A stretch of 64,000 bases of DNA from Phoronis australis (GCA_002633005.1 NMRA01000593.1:727-64726); one strand, 5' to 3'. Shown: positions 1 through 14,275, counted from the stretch's first letter. Program-made: numbers and translations. Notes: generated by a model from the letters alone, not told the origin.

Positions 1-1340
1 ACTGGGTTTTGGAACACGCATTTTACCAATTTCAAACAACACTAAACCTGCTGCTACTCGGTCAGGTCAAAAGAAGCGGAGAAACTGTATCCCAAACCTG
101 TATACATGTTTTAAAATAAGCCGTGTGGAGGGTTTTGGTAGATATCACTATCACAAGCAATGTACTCTACACAAACAACTCATTTCTCTGAATCCGGCAA
201 GTTGGCACGTTGGTGAAGTCTCATCAAGTTTACGTAACTATCGTAAGCATGACATACAAAAGTGTTTTTGAGCACATTTCACAAGCTGTCACAGCCACCA
301 AGAACAGTTTAAATCATAATATGATGGCAAAACGGTGAGTCCGTTACAGATCACACAAAATGGCGTTTTTCTTTGTTCGTCGGTTTCTTCGAAAAAAGCT
401 GAAGATTTTCTCGGTGTTTGAATCTTCAGACAGCATATTCATTCATAAACCTGTGTCTCAGGTTTTGGATTAGAGGTTTCATTGACTATTATTGTTTGAT
501 TCAGGATTAAGAGTCACGGCGTTTTTGAAAAAGTGGTTGCAAATAAAGAGTTTCAGATTAAAAAAGCGTTTCGTTTTATTCAACATCCCAGTCAGTTTTG
601 GAGCAAATTTCTCAAAGTTTTGTTGCCCAAAGTTTTCAGGATGTAGGTTAATAGAACAATTTATTATTGGTGTGCCTTTCAAAAACAGCATTTTTTCACC
701 CAAAACACCGACTAATGGGACCACAACAATTCCACAATGTCGTGGATTGACGTATATGAATTTGTTTTGACTTCTACATTCAGAAAACATATATTTTCAT
801 GGGTTGACAGTGGTTATAGTTAAGTAGACATTTTAGTATAAATATAGCATAGCAATTAGTTAAACATAACCTCAACTCGGTAACAACCTGCGCCTACTTA
901 CAATCGGATATTGTTTCTTACATGTAGGTGCAGATTATTGTTGTTGTCATTGTTGTGATAACAATGTATTATTTATATGATTTCTATTCTGTGGCTAGTC
1001 TGCCATTAGCGGCCGTGTCACTCTCCCTCTCTCCCTCCCTCAGTCCCTCCCTCCGCTATACCATAGACTATAGAACAGTGATGGCCAATTCTGTGTATTC
1101 TCAATGCACACAATCTGTGTATCGTGAACAACACCATTGGCCGAGATGTCATTTCATTAGTGATGCTTTGCGTGAGTTTCTGTTTTACTTCCGGCAAGTC
1201 GTCTGCTCACTAAGAGAAACGTGGCGCCTCTTCTGGGAATTATTTGTCAACGTATCCGAGTTAAGAATCGGTTGTCTGTGATCTGTGCAAAAGGAATGGT
1301 AATTACGATCGAATCATGTCACACAACGAGTTCAACTTAC

Positions 1341-1523
1341 TGACGCAATCCGGTACGATAATGTTCGACCATCGATTTCCGTGACAAATGTACGTCCCCG
1401 AATGCTCTACTGGAGGAACGTCGAAACCGGATTTGCAAGCAATTGAGCAAATCTTCGAAGCTCCCAAAGAGATGCAGTTCAAGGAACCGTTAGCAGGAGA
1501 GTCCAAACTGCCACACGATGAAA
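1341..1523 (-). CDS. Gene B exon, CCP/Sushi domain
   Basis: ttttcag|..|gtaagt, 183 nt, phase 1-1; SSCGSLDSPANGSLNC..C..C..GF..C..W..PDC; paralogous to 56810-56995. Confidence 0.9.
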
Positions 1524-2935
1524 CTGAAAAAATATGGATATAAGTTTTGGTGATGTGAATGTGTATATAGATGTATGCTGAGCAATTCTATTATGGAGCA
1601 TTTTGAGATTGACAGAGGAAGCAACATGGCCATGAAGCGCGACTTTGTAATAAATTTGAACATTTAATTTAAAATTCTCCAAATTCAAACAAACACTATG
1701 TAAATGGATTGATTAAATCCAAAAAGAAATAGGTAGCGCGTGATGTATCCTGAAAAAGTGCAAGCACCTATGTCGACATAAGAAAACGACTTTGCTCATT
1801 TACAAGGGTCCAATCCATAGATTCACTAATCTATAGTCAACAGACTTTTGTATATGTCCATGTGTTACATTACATTAATCGAAATGCTTGCATGCGGTCG
1901 TCTGCTTAGAGCCTCTATTCAAAATATGATTGGTTGAACCGAAAATCTTTGTGAAGCAGATTAATTGTTTCAGGTACTGGTACCAGTACGTCATACATTG
2001 GACCAAGTTAACTTGTATGAGCGCCGTCTGGTTGAGGGCAATTTTCACTGTTTCTTAAAACTATAACCTCTTTGCAATTAGAAAAACAGTGAAAATCAAT
2101 CTCAAACACTTATAATACATTGGGAAGCTAAAAAAAAACTTTTGGAAATCAAATCCAAATGGCTCTGTATTTGCAACGTTTTCGGTTTCATGCCAGCTGA
2201 TGTAAGCTCTCGTTACAGTGCACGTGCAAGAAACGTGTTTTAGACCTGCAACCGCTATGCAATCGGTTCCAGCTTGTTTCTAACCGTTATGAGAAGTGAT
2301 TTCTGGGTTTACAAAGAAGTGACAGTTTGTAATTCCTTGAGGACTTGTCGGTGGATAAAAGTACCCACAGTTGTAAGTCAACGTGTAGACCCTACTCTCA
2401 AGCGTGAGTGGTCGACCTGACAGTTCTTTCGAAAGCATTAATCACCTCCAGTTTGACGCAACAATGTGAGAACAAATTAGTAACGGTAAGTGATTCAAAT
2501 CAACAGCTGCTTTTAAATTAGTTATGGAGGGCGGGTTTCAAACAAAAATGGGGAACAAAATCCTGGTAATAAAGACCTCAACACCTTTAACTTCGGTGTA
2601 CACGAAGCAAGTTTGTAACTGTTAACTCACCAAAGGAGTGTCCAATAACTGCATTCCGTAAATATTACACTCGCAGAAACCATAAGAGTCTATTTGCCTA
2701 ATTTCAGAACTTGTGATTCTTCTGACAAACTCAAAATGTATAATGTTGATATATAGTTACCTTTGCCCTGACCTTGGGATGTAGGCACTCAATCTCATTT
2801 TGGAAACGACTGCAAGCATGCTTGGAATATTGCAATTTTCTTTTAGGTCTGTGCATTACATAGTATGCAGACTGTCACAATTTACCATATATTGCGTTAC
2901 GATACCATCAACGTAAATTTTCCCTACATACTAAC

Positions 2936-3187
2936 CGTCTATAACGACAGTAAAGCTACAACTGCTTTGTCTTCCAATTTCTTCATCAGTTCCTGTACAC
3001 TCGACAAGGTAGTCTCCAGCGCCCAACATAGCTACATCATCTTTAAATTTTCCAAGGCAGGTAGTATCTAATGCGTCCCCTCGAATGGATGTGAATGTAG
3101 GCTTCGGAACCGTGACCCGGTTGAGCGCTTTTGTCGAGGAAATATTCAAACCGTCCGAGCAATTTGACACTGTTGGCGGTAGATTCA
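2936..3187 (-). CDS. Gene B exon, HYR domain
   Basis: ttttag|..|gttagt, 252 nt, phase 1-1; NLPPTVSNCS..PTF..C..GAG..C.GTD..CSFTVVID; paralogous to 59213-59461. Confidence 0.9.
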
Positions 3188-5139
3188 CTAAAAATGATGT
3201 AGTTGTTAACACACATATACATAAATTAAGAATAGTCGTACATATTGTTAGCCTGACAATGCGCTCACAGGGTTACTCTCTGTATTCGTGCAGATGACAC
3301 ATCACATTAACAAAAATGGTCATACGCAAAATCTGTAGTTGGCACCACGGGAGCTCATCTCGAACATTTTAGCACGTATCTCGTATACGCTATATGTAAT
3401 AAAAGGACAGTAACTTCACTACAACGATTTACCAGAACTCGAAATGCGAGGTTGTGAGTCTCGCCACAGCGTGACGCTGTTGCTGATCAATGGCTACCCC
3501 GTGATTGGATGCTGGGCCACTCATTGACAGTGAAATTTTGACCGGGAGAGCAGCCACTCGCAGGGTAGCCAATTGATCGGCAAGAGCGTTACGTAGTGGT
3601 GAGATTGACAACCTTCAGAGATTGTAACACAGCTGGAAGCAAGAACTTACACCTCCTTCATTACATAGTTATAGCGAAACGAATAATTAAAACCTTTTGT
3701 CCAAATTGTTTAAAAAGCATTGAAAGAGGTAACGTTTTTGACTTGTACAAATTAAAGTTGTCAATTTCTATAATAATAGGGAAAATACTAATGAAGAATG
3801 GCACGTAAGCAGTAATAAATGTCTAAATAAACACTAAGATGGTGACTTGTTTGACGTGAAATGTGTATTAGAGTGTGTTTGTCGTAATCTTTACTCTTGA
3901 AGTCAAAACACAATCGCACCTCAGTTGTCACAAGAGCTCCCATGACCATAAAGGCATCTACAGACAGTACATGTAAAGGTGTCTCAGTGTTCACGTAAAC
4001 GTTTTTGAGGGTAAGGTATTTGATCTCAAGCTTATTACTTCGGAAACTTTTGAGTCAAATGTCGTGAAGCTTTTATATTTTCTGATGAAAGATCACAGAC
4101 AATGTCCTGAACAAATAGATATATGATAGGTGCTGTATTACATTTAATTCGTTTGTATGTACTTCATATTCTGGTAACGCATTGCAGTTGATGAATGTCT
4201 GGCGTACCAACGCCACTTACGAAAACTTAAAAATACCGTGCATGTCAAAATGTTAAGAGACGTGTTGTTTTGTTACGTTTTACGGTGACAACTGTGTTAT
4301 TTGATGGTACCAGTATATCATTCCTTTAGGATGATAGATAGGTCTACTTATGCTGTCTGTAGGGATTTCTATTTTGTGACAATCAACCATTCAATAATGT
4401 CGAAACTTCGCAGGAAACTTAGAAACAATCCATCTGGGAACATAAAACTTGAAACATTAAATGAATAGTTGTGCAGCAGTGTATTGTAAAGCTTCGATGA
4501 ATTTCTAAAGTTTCTAGGTGTATTTTCGTGTCTTAGCATCTGCAATGGAAATATTATTAGAAAAATTTCACTGGGTTAATCACAGCATTGGAAAATAACT
4601 GAAAACTGTGTTGGTTTACAAAAACTGAGACAAGGACTGTATGGCAGAAAGCAAGGGAGAGTCGAAAAACGCTGCTAGCAGACGATTTAGTCAGTAAAAC
4701 AACACATCCTCGCAATATAGTCGCAATTTCTTGTAAAGACCTTAGTTCGTTGTGTAGGTATATTGTATGCATCTATAACAAAATGTTTTCATTCGATTCG
4801 AGTCAGATTTTTGCTTGATTTTGTCGCAGACGTTCAGTACTTGGCAAATGACCTGTTTATGGTGACCCAGATTCAAATTAGCAAGGCCTAGAATTACTTG
4901 CCTGATCACCGTGCGTCAGACTTTTTAAAGTTTATAGCTGTTAGAGCTTTAAAACTGTCTTTCAAGAACGACGCCTTAGAACACTGTTTAACCCACATGA
5001 ACGAGCCCAATCAAAGTTGCTGCCGTACACGCAACTTTAATCCACCAGTAGACTGCACACCAACGATGAAATGCGACCTCTAGCGTTGTTTACAGATTGT
5101 CTACTTTACACTATATGACGCCATAGTTCTAGGTGTATT

Positions 5140-5280
5140 CATGGGCGGCGCACCATAGGGGGCTGGGGGGCTATAGCCCCCTTTTTCAGTGGTACGCCGC
5201 ACGTGGTCTATAGGCGGTGCATCACAGGGGGCTGAGGGGACTTTAGCCCCCCCACTTTTTTCAGTGCTGCGTCGCCCATG
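5140..5280. mobile_element. Small GC-rich hAT-like MITE with two internal units
   Basis: Ends catgggcggcgca / tgcgtcgcccatg; twice-repeated agggggctg..gg..tagccccc..ttttttcagtg. Confidence 0.55.
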
Positions 5281-6204
5281 TGTAATGAATGCCTGCCTTT
5301 GATGAAATATGTGTTTGTACACCAGTTTATACATATTGACAACTTTTACTTCATGCTGTCGACGCTGAATGGTTGCCAGTCACTTGAAGTATGTCTGAAA
5401 AGTGTGCCTCCTGGAGGTGATGCTTGCTTTAATGGTATCAGTCAACTCAATCAAACGTGCTAATGCGATTTTTTTGTTAGTGGTACAAATACGGAGTGCA
5501 GTGGAGACGACGGTGAATGGACACTGTAGAAGAAATTAAAATGAAACAAACGGCTGAAAAGGCATTTTTGGGGGTTGCTTTGATAGGATTGAGGTAGAGA
5601 TATAGTATAGCAAAAATGTGTGCTGTTTTTGTGATTTTAAAAATATATCGCCGATTTTTAACAATCAAATTCTACTGAAATTGAGGCGGTAATATCAAGA
5701 ACTGATTAGTTGTTGGGCGCCATGAACGTGTCAGACGTTGGCGGATTGTGGAGAGTGGCAGTGAAAGCCGAAATGGAGAAAACAAGGACAATTCTTATGG
5801 GAGTGTGCGAGAAAAAGGGGCGAGGAGGGGAAACAAGTTGGAGGAATGAACTTACTAGAATGACTATTTAGGATTGGCAGTACTGTGTTGTTAGACATCA
5901 TGAATGACACTGTCCTTGGCCTCACTGATTTTATGTGGAACAAAATGAAAGCAAATCAGCACACATTCAGGTAAAAAAGCAGTATTTTTGTATGAAAATT
6001 CGCCAAACAACTGAAGTTTTGCCCGTGATATTTTTCGATTTTTGTCTAAATCTGTTTATTAGCGTACTTTATTCATGCAAAATACATCACATGGTTTTGT
6101 AACATGTAGCATTTGTACACTATAGCGTCGTTCAGAAATTTACTACTATTGTTTCGAGTAAGTTTGAATTTACTTCCAAAACAGAAACAGAATATTTAAA
6201 TTAC

Positions 6205-6402
6205 CCCAACATTCCGGAGGATTAGGCTGTCCTTCCCAGTTACCACTGCTTCCACAGGTGTACTTCGCTCTGATGCGATGTGCTATTGGTAATATGTATC
6301 CAGGTAGACACGAGTAGGTGCAAACCCCTCCATAGAGTTCGCTAGTGCAGTTGACGTAACCGTGGGCGATATTGGCTAGGAGCGTTTTGTTGCACTTAGT
6401 AA
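6205..6402 (-). CDS. Gene B exon, CCP/Sushi domain
   Basis: ccacag|..|gtaatt, 198 nt, phase 1-1; KCNKTLLANIAHGYVNC..VCTYSCLPGY..YTC..GNW..PPECW. Confidence 0.9.
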
Positions 6403-8621
6403 CTGTGGACATAAGAACGTCAACTTCTCATTCATAGCACACAATGAATTTAGTACTTTAATGCGGTTTTTGTTTTGTTTCAACAAGAGGTCAAATTTCT
6501 GTCGCTGTGACCTCACTTATAAATATGTGACACTTGCATTACCCGAGGGTGTAAACAATATTTCAACCATATCTGGTACGAAGAAATGTTGAAAAATCTA
6601 TTATAGATGAAGAGATGACGCACCAGTACACCCAATGTCTGCACTCCATTGGCCATTTTCACAGATCACAGGGTTAGGACCAGTCCTCCTGTACCCGTTT
6701 TGGCATCCATAGAAACATTGACTTCCATTCACTTCTTTACAATTTTGAAGAAATCCATTCTCGGGACTACGCATTGGTGGACATGAGCTTTCTAAAAAGA
6801 TAGAATTGAATATGGAAACAGCGGTATCACATTTTCAGAACCAGTTTGATCCCCGTTTCTAGGAGGGGAAACTGGTTCTCAAAATGCGGTCGCGTTATAT
6901 CCGACTATTACTACATAAATTCTTGGACATCGCGTATCATGAAGAATCCCCAACTTCTTGCAAAACGAGATATCATTTCTAAGATTGTAAAAATGTTTAC
7001 TCGTTACGGTTTTGTTAGAAAGATATTTAAAAAGTTGCAAATTTAGACATCTAAAAATTTCCAAGTCAAAATGCAATACTTCAACTGAAAAAATAGTTCC
7101 TGAAAGGCTGTTGCAGAATTGCACTCAGGTTCCCGGTCTAAAGTTTGTTACAACAACCGACACGTTACAAATATTTGAAACTAAACATTTCCAACAAACT
7201 TGAGTTCAATCTTTATTTGCGTCAGATTCAATTTCAAATGGATTTTCAAGTCTTACAATAGCGACGAAACTGGGGTACATTGCCGGTTATTGCTGCCCTG
7301 TTTCATCGCCGACGAGCTGTGTACAGAGCACTCTCACGAAATCAGTCTCATAATATCCCAGAGTTTAATGGCCATGGGGTTGGCCAAACCTCAAACTTCG
7401 AAATGTAAAATGGTGCATGTACTCGTTATTCTTGACTAGAGTTGGTAATGCAATCAGGGATGCTGTTTTATATAATCTGTCTAAAATTTTTACAAGAACA
7501 TCAAAGCCATCAGCCACTCAAGAAACCACTTTCGAGTTTAACGGGGTTGGTTATACTTAAAATTGCCAATTCGAAAATGGACCAAGTAAATTGTTCACGA
7601 ACTTATGGCAATGGTGTCATGCACCAAAGTGCTTCAACACTGTCATTTGAACAGTGGCAAAATGTCCATTTAATGTTGGAAAAATATATATCCCACAATC
7701 CCACAGTAATATTGATTTAACAATTTCGATAAAATTGCTGCTTGTCTCTTTGTTATCGTAAATTCATATTTATTGACCGGATCGGCACTTTGCAGGGCCA
7801 TTCACAATTCACGTTCTCTTCATAATATACAGATCCCTTGATGCAAGGAAACAATATTTATTAACTATTGCAATTAAAACCGTAATTCCCCTACAACCGT
7901 ATTTGAACACTCTCGTGGATAATTCACCGGTTCACCATTGAAGCCGAATCAGCGAGATACAGTAAAAAGCTAAAACTTGAAGAATAATTGGAAATATTTC
8001 GTATCAAAACAAACCTGAAGGCAGGAATCACGCAATGAAGGAATCAATTCACCCTTTACTCGCTCTTGCAAGAGAAGCCTGCTTTTACTTGTCGACTACA
8101 AAAATTTGCTTGTTTATCCAGTTCCCTATTAAGCGGGAGCTCGTGCATGGCAAATGCAAGACGTGGATTTGCGTACTATATGAATGATCATCCCGGACTG
8201 TGAAAGTTCTTACAGTGTTTCCGAAAGATTTTCATATGGAATGTATAGAAAGTAAACAGCTTATGAATAGCTCATGATAGCACTATAGATGTTACTATAA
8301 ATTTTAATGCCACACTACAATTTCCATTTTGCCGGCTCGTCTGGGCTAAACAAGACCATTAGGAGCCATACGCAAATTGAACTATTAGTAATCAATAACA
8401 ATAATTTTGTAATTAGCTAAAGCATGTCTAAATCTGGGAGTGCAATGTCTTCAACTGCAAATCATAAAAAGGTCTGTGCAATTCCGGTACAGTTAATCGT
8501 TTGTCTCAAGTCGATTTAACTGTTCGGAAGCAAGGTCGTTCAAGTGTATGAATGTTTTTCGATTTCGAAGTTGCGATATCCAGTACAATTAGTTATGTCG
8601 AGAACCACATGCAATACTTAC

Positions 8622-8867
8622 GTTCAACGACTATTGTAAAGTAACAGGTGGCCTGTCTGTTGATTTCGTGATCTGTTGCTGAACAGATAATGATGTGAGA
8701 GCCTAGTCCAAATGTAACGACGGCCTTGTAGTTGCATTCCATTTGCAGAACTTTGCTGTCGTGTGCACTGGTGAAAGTCGGAAATGGGATGGTGATTTGA
8801 GTTTGGTCGGTGTCAATGAACAATTCTATGTCACCAGAACAATTGGATATGATTGGCGGCTTGTCCA
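8622..8867 (-). CDS. Gene B exon, HYR domain
   Basis: ttgtag|..|gtaagt, 246 nt, phase 1-1; VDKPPIISNCSGDI..PTF..FGLGSHIIICSATD..CYFTIVVE. Confidence 0.9.
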
Positions 8868-9310
8868 CTACAAAACAACGAAACACCAGTCTTGCAATTT
8901 CAAGTTCCTGCAATGATTCAAAACAGGTTCATATCCTTACGAAACTTAGAATATCAATTCACCAGTGTTCTTGGACTGATTTTCTCATTACTTTGAAATC
9001 ATATGAATGTATATTAGTGAGCATGCGACGTGTCTGTCACGAAAATTAGGAAGGTTACCATAGTCAAAAGAATTGAACCAATCATGTCTCGTAAAATTAG
9101 AAGGGTGTTTCAAAATGGTTAAGTTTGGTGGTAGCGGGCAAACTTCGTGAAAAGATTTTTAAATATGTACGCCAACTACCATTTTACGATTGATCTCTGT
9201 CGTAAGATCATTGCGTGATGCATTACTACTGTCGATCGGCAGACTTACGAGAAATAAGTCATACGAGAGTTTAAAATAGACTCTTCCGGTAATGCGTTTT
9301 ATATAACTTT

Positions 9311-11182
9311 AAGCACGTCTGTGACGTCACGATCACGTGGTTGAGATACGATATGTCTGCCGAGTTGCATGGGTACGTTCAAAACGTAAGAAACATTCTA
9401 ATTCGCAAAACCTTCGCGTATATGTTTTCTTTCGCCAGAGATATTGCAGGGCAAACTCTGTGAACATAGTGCATTTTGAATATGTAGAATGCGAGCTTAT
9501 TCACAATTTTGAAAAACTTAGGGGCAGTTAGACTAGTTGCCTCCCATAGCAGAGACTAGACGGCTCTAGTCTATTCTGGATCAGGATTGATCATAGAAAT
9601 AATGTCAAGTAACTCGGCTGCGAAAGCGACAATAAATACTCCAAATAATTACAAGGGCACCAAATGCCCCCTTATAACCATATTTTTCTTATACTTTTAA
9701 TTCCCTGTTGATGGCCGCTGGGTTACGGCAATAGACATGTACAATCTCACCGTCCGAGCATCAACTCACGTGACTCTCCAAATATGGAAGTCAATACAGC
9801 TTGGAACTTGACTGCATTTTCAGGGCCCGGTCTCTAATCTTTGTACTCGAAACGAACTCGAAACTATTTTTGGAAATTTCTCTGCTCCTTTTATGCGAAC
9901 TTAAGATAATTGGTTAATATTAGACTGTGCTCGAATACATTATAGTTTATGCATAGGAGTTTCTAGTTCAAGTTTGCCCTTGAAGACTCTTATATTCGTG
10001 CTACAAACTCGAGTAAAAACTCGAAATTTCGAGTTCAAACTCGAACTTATTGCTTTAATATTGGGTTTAAAAACTGTGAACTAAGGGCAAAAAATTATCT
10101 ACGTAAGTTATTGTGTACTCGAGCATAGAATAATAGACACTTATCTTGAGTTCGCCCAAAAGTAGAGTAGAAAATGCCAAACCTAATTTCGAGTTCCATT
10201 TCGAGTAAAAAGATTGGAGACCGGGCCCAGTTTTCATAGAATGTCAATTGTTTCAGAAGATTAGATTTTGGTAAGCGTTCATCATGGCGATTTCTTTGGT
10301 CGGTTGCATTAGATTAAAACGTATTACTGAATGTGAGATACATACCCATCGAATGATATAAAAGTGTTACTCAAAATCACTAATAGTTCTACAATCGTCC
10401 CATGTGAGACCCTCGCAACATATATCACACGATATTTTGTCGAGCAGTGATAACAATGAAACGACGGAGAGGCTGTCGTGTCATCATCGTTTGCGCACTC
10501 GTCTTTGTCGTGCGACTGTTGTGCAATATTATAACCATAGGCGGATGGAGGAAGTCAAAGAGCCTCCTACGGACACAAAAGGTCATCAGTATGCTGCTTT
10601 TAGGATTCCCTACATAAATGTGATTGTCACCCTTTACGACATCCCAGATCCTAAATTGATTGAAAGAGAATTGGATAGAAAATCATCCAGTGATATTTCA
10701 CTAGTCGTAGAAGCTTTCTACATCTGTTGGAAACAAAAACGTTGTGCGACGGTTGCGAAATATTTGATTGCGGTGTGACAATGAGGATGCTGCACGACAA
10801 CAGTACCCCAGTTGATTCATTTGCTGGACGGATGTATGATGGGGAGACGCTGACACCACAGTCTTACGTCAAACGTAAGGCTATTGTAAGACTTTCGAAG
10901 GACAATTCTACCAATTACATGTACATGTACATGCTTCCAAACTACTCAAATGTCCTCCGACTTCCGTGCAACCCACACGTTGACCCTGCATTTGGCTATT
11001 GAGCTGAAGTAGAAAATGCACGATGTTGAAAATTTTTAACATGTTCTGAATCTTCCTGACGACATTCTACGGCGGTAATTAGGGTCGAAGGATGACAGTC
11101 TCACGACTGTGGTGCCATTTCCCTATTTTCCGCCGCAGACATATCGTATACCCAACGTGCGACGTATGTGACAGGTACTTTA
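9311..11182. mobile_element. Possible decayed TIR element hosting the 9824-10227 MITE
   Basis: Imperfect inverted repeats centred on atacgatatgtctgc (~9346) and gcagacatatcgtat (~11135). Confidence 0.35.
9824..10227. mobile_element. MITE, PIF/Harbinger-like
   Basis: TIR ggcccggtctc(t/c)aatcttt(g/t)tactcgaaa at both ends; 3-bp TSD cag/cag; largely palindromic interior. Confidence 0.8.
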
Positions 11183-11482
11183 TGACAGGCACACTACACT
11201 TGCCCGATCGCTTCAATATGATGCCAGCGCTCGGCGCTTGTCATAGGCCAATAGTGTGATTGCAAATTATACGACCTACATGTACATGCATCTTCCAAGA
11301 CCTTGGACTACGAAAATGCAAACATATCAGACAAAGGTACGACTGCTTTACCGTCGTTGCTTCTACTATGTCCGACTGAGCGTGAGACTGGGTTAAAGAA
11401 CCACGATGTCTTTATCTTAGTCATGGTGCTTTGCAAACAGGACACTAGGGATTGTAACAGGCTATAACGAGCACATTCTCAC

Positions 11483-11671
11483 CCCAACATTGCGGTAAAG
11501 TTGTAGGCTCCCACAAAGCGTCGCTGCTGCATGTTAAGGTAGCACTGTCAGCTAAACTATCCGGTATGACATATCCAGGGTCACAGCAATAATCACACTT
11601 GGCGCCATACGTCCACTCTGTGCAGTTGGTCTGTCCTCGTGAAATAGGAGGAGGAGAATGGCAGGAATTAA
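11483..11671 (-). CDS. Gene B exon, CCP/Sushi domain
   Basis: ttttcag|..|gtgaga, 189 nt, phase 1-1; SCHSPPPISRGQTNC..YGAKCDYCCDPGY..LTC..W..PQCW. Confidence 0.9.
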
Positions 11672-12090
11672 CTGAAAATATCGAATTCTCATCAGGGTTC
11701 CTAAATCGATTTTGTATTGAAAGGGTTTGAAACGGTTGTCGTTCAGAAAGATACCCGTTTCCAATCCTTATTATAGATCGACTTCCCCTAGAACTTAGCA
11801 TTAATGAACGAGATAACAATATCTGAAAATGAGATAACTAAAGGTACACCTCAGTTCATATAGAAAAGGATGTCTGACGGTGTCTGTAGTGTGATTGTGG
11901 TGATTGGGAATCTTACGAGAGGAAAAAAATATAGTTAGATAATATTTTCTCGGTAGCTGCTCTAGCATTCCGTTGGTAGGACTTTGCAGGTTTTCTGGCA
12001 AGACTTTTCTATGCTGCAAGGTGTTTATCGGTGGGACACTGCTGTAAATCAAAAGTTGATCGGTCCTCAAATAGTTTTCTGTATCGAGGG

Positions 12091-12531
12091 CGGAATCAAC
12101 AATCGATCGGACTTCAAAGCTACTTGCCCGGACTTCAAAACCAGCCGGCTGGGTTTGTAAACGTGATGTCAAGACTACAAAACGCCTCACCCAAAAAACT
12201 AGAGTGGCCGGTACTATAACCAGTTGGCTAGTGAACAAACACGATGGTCAGACCTCCTCAGAGACCCGCTTTGAAAGCCCTACAGGATTCAAGTGACAAC
12301 TAGTGTTTATGTTGTTTATTTTGTTCAAAATCAGCGATTTTTTCGACCATGATGTTTGACCAACCCGTTTCAGGTCAGGCCAAACAGATTTTTGGGTGCG
12401 GCCATCTTGTTTTGGGATACCGCCCAACCGATCACCAAGTGAGAACATCGGCCATTGGTGTTTGCAGTCCAGCCCGCTGGTTTCGAAGTCCGGAGAAGGG
12501 GTTTTGAAGTCCGACCAATTGTTGATCCCCT
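12091..12531. mobile_element. MITE-like element with inverted termini
   Basis: atcaacaatcgatcggacttcaaa versus tttgaagtccgaccaattgttgat; internal ggacttcaaaaccagc / gctggtttcgaagtcc. Confidence 0.55.
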
Positions 12532-12934
12532 TGTATATCATTGGTACGAACGCTAAGTGCTGGTGCTCTATATTTAGGCTATAATTTTCACAACATTTTT
12601 ATAACCCACAGAACAAAATTCACATCAATGCATTAAGCGGGCGCGATCATGTGAGACCCATGCTCGCTATTTTCCAGCAACATTCACAATTTTCAGTTCG
12701 TGCAAGTTTGTAGAACAATGCATACTTTTGCAATCTGGCGTCAAACTCCAATTTCCATTTTCGCCACAAGTTAGCTCCACTGACGTTGTGTTGTAGTATC
12801 CCTCCTCACACGTGTAACTGCACGGCATCCGGTAGGCATTGCTGCAAGGGCCGATTATTCGTCCATTGGTGGGAGGCTTAAGTACAGGACACTCTATTTC
12901 TGAAATTTAGACACAGGTAATTTGATTAAGTCGT

Positions 12935-13105
12935 CCCCATCAAGGAAATAATCATTATCATCACCAACATGACCATCAACGTTATCGTCGATAACATGTT
13001 CGTTATCGTCATTGCCGTCACTGTCAATATCATCAGCACCGTCGTCAACGCCAACGCCCCCACCATCATCATCACTGCCACCCATGTAATCTTCGTCACC
13101 TCATC
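12935..13105. repeat. Degenerate (ATC/GTC)n trinucleotide repeat
   Basis: atcattatcatcacc..atcgtcattgccgtc..catcatcatc. Confidence 0.8.
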
Positions 13106-13212
13106 AAGGTGTATTTACTTAATCCAAGTCCTTTTCAATCTCTTTTGTTTTAATAATCATTCACGTACAAGTGAGTAGCAATAGACAAAAAAGACATTGT
13201 CCCATAACTTAC

Positions 13213-13461
13213 GATCGATTAAAATGGTATAAGAGCATGATGACCGCTGCCCAATTTCAGTGTCCTCCACTTCACACGTCACTCGCGTGATCGGGTCATA
13301 GAGTAGTTCCTTTTCTGAGTGGCTGCAGTCGTATCGCTTCAAGTCCACAACTCTTCCTCTCACCTCGAAAGTCGGACGTGTTATGTTAACCCAAACGGGA
13401 AAATGTCCTGTCTTGATGTGAACGTTTCTTGGACAGTGTCTTATTGTCGGTGACACGTCGG
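13213..13461 (-). CDS. Gene B exon, HYR domain
   Basis: ttttag|..|gtaagt, 249 nt, phase 1-1; DVSPTIRHCPRNV..RPTF..VTCEVED..CSYTILID. Confidence 0.88.
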
Positions 13462-14275
13462 CTAAAATGAAGGTTAAGAAGCACAGAGTAAAGTAAACGT
13501 ATTTAGACCGAGATGGGTTTTCACCCTGTACTTTCCGGTCACCGCAGGAGTAGCCTGTTGTGTTTACTGCCCATGGCAGTTGAGTACAAACGACAATCAT
13601 TCAAGTTACCATAAGGCACTTTTTCTTTATGCCATAGCTAATTTTATACACCTTAACTTCATTTAATCAGTTGGCCAGTGTCCAACTAAGGTTTCTTGCA
13701 GTCCTAAACTTTGAATAGATTCCAAAACTTTATAATCTCTGACTGTTTTCGCCACAATTTTACGCCACACAATTTTCGACCAGTCCCTTATTACTTTTCT
13801 AGGCCACACAATATGTGTCGCTGTGGACCACAAACATTGTCGCTAAAGCCGCGACAATATAAGTCACCTGCGGCAATATACAGACTTGTTTTGCGGAAAT
13901 ATGAACCGATGACTCTGACTGATTGTCCTCTCAAAGTTGCATTTTGGCCTGTTTAGCTGGCTAAAACGAAAATCGAATTGTAAGATTCACCCTGAGTTTG
14001 ATAATGTCAGTCTGTTAATATACGATTGTTGTTCCGTCACCAACAAGAAACCAGCGACTCAGGAAAGCGCTTCAGAATTACATGTATTGGGGTTGGCCAG
14101 CCTTAAGTTCGAAAATGGCACCTTTGGCCATTTTCTGCGACTTCAAATGAAACCCTGTCTTGGTAAAAACATTATGAGGCCAATAACAAGTGTAAGAACT
14201 AATTCAGTTTTTTTGTTTTGCAGCCAGCTAAATAGGTTAAAGTGTGGCTTTAAGCGAAGAGTACCTTCAACTTAC

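Noticed and set aside
12894-13085. Asp/Gly-rich 63-aa ORF
   Set aside because: Translation of a degenerate trinucleotide repeat; no convincing splice sites
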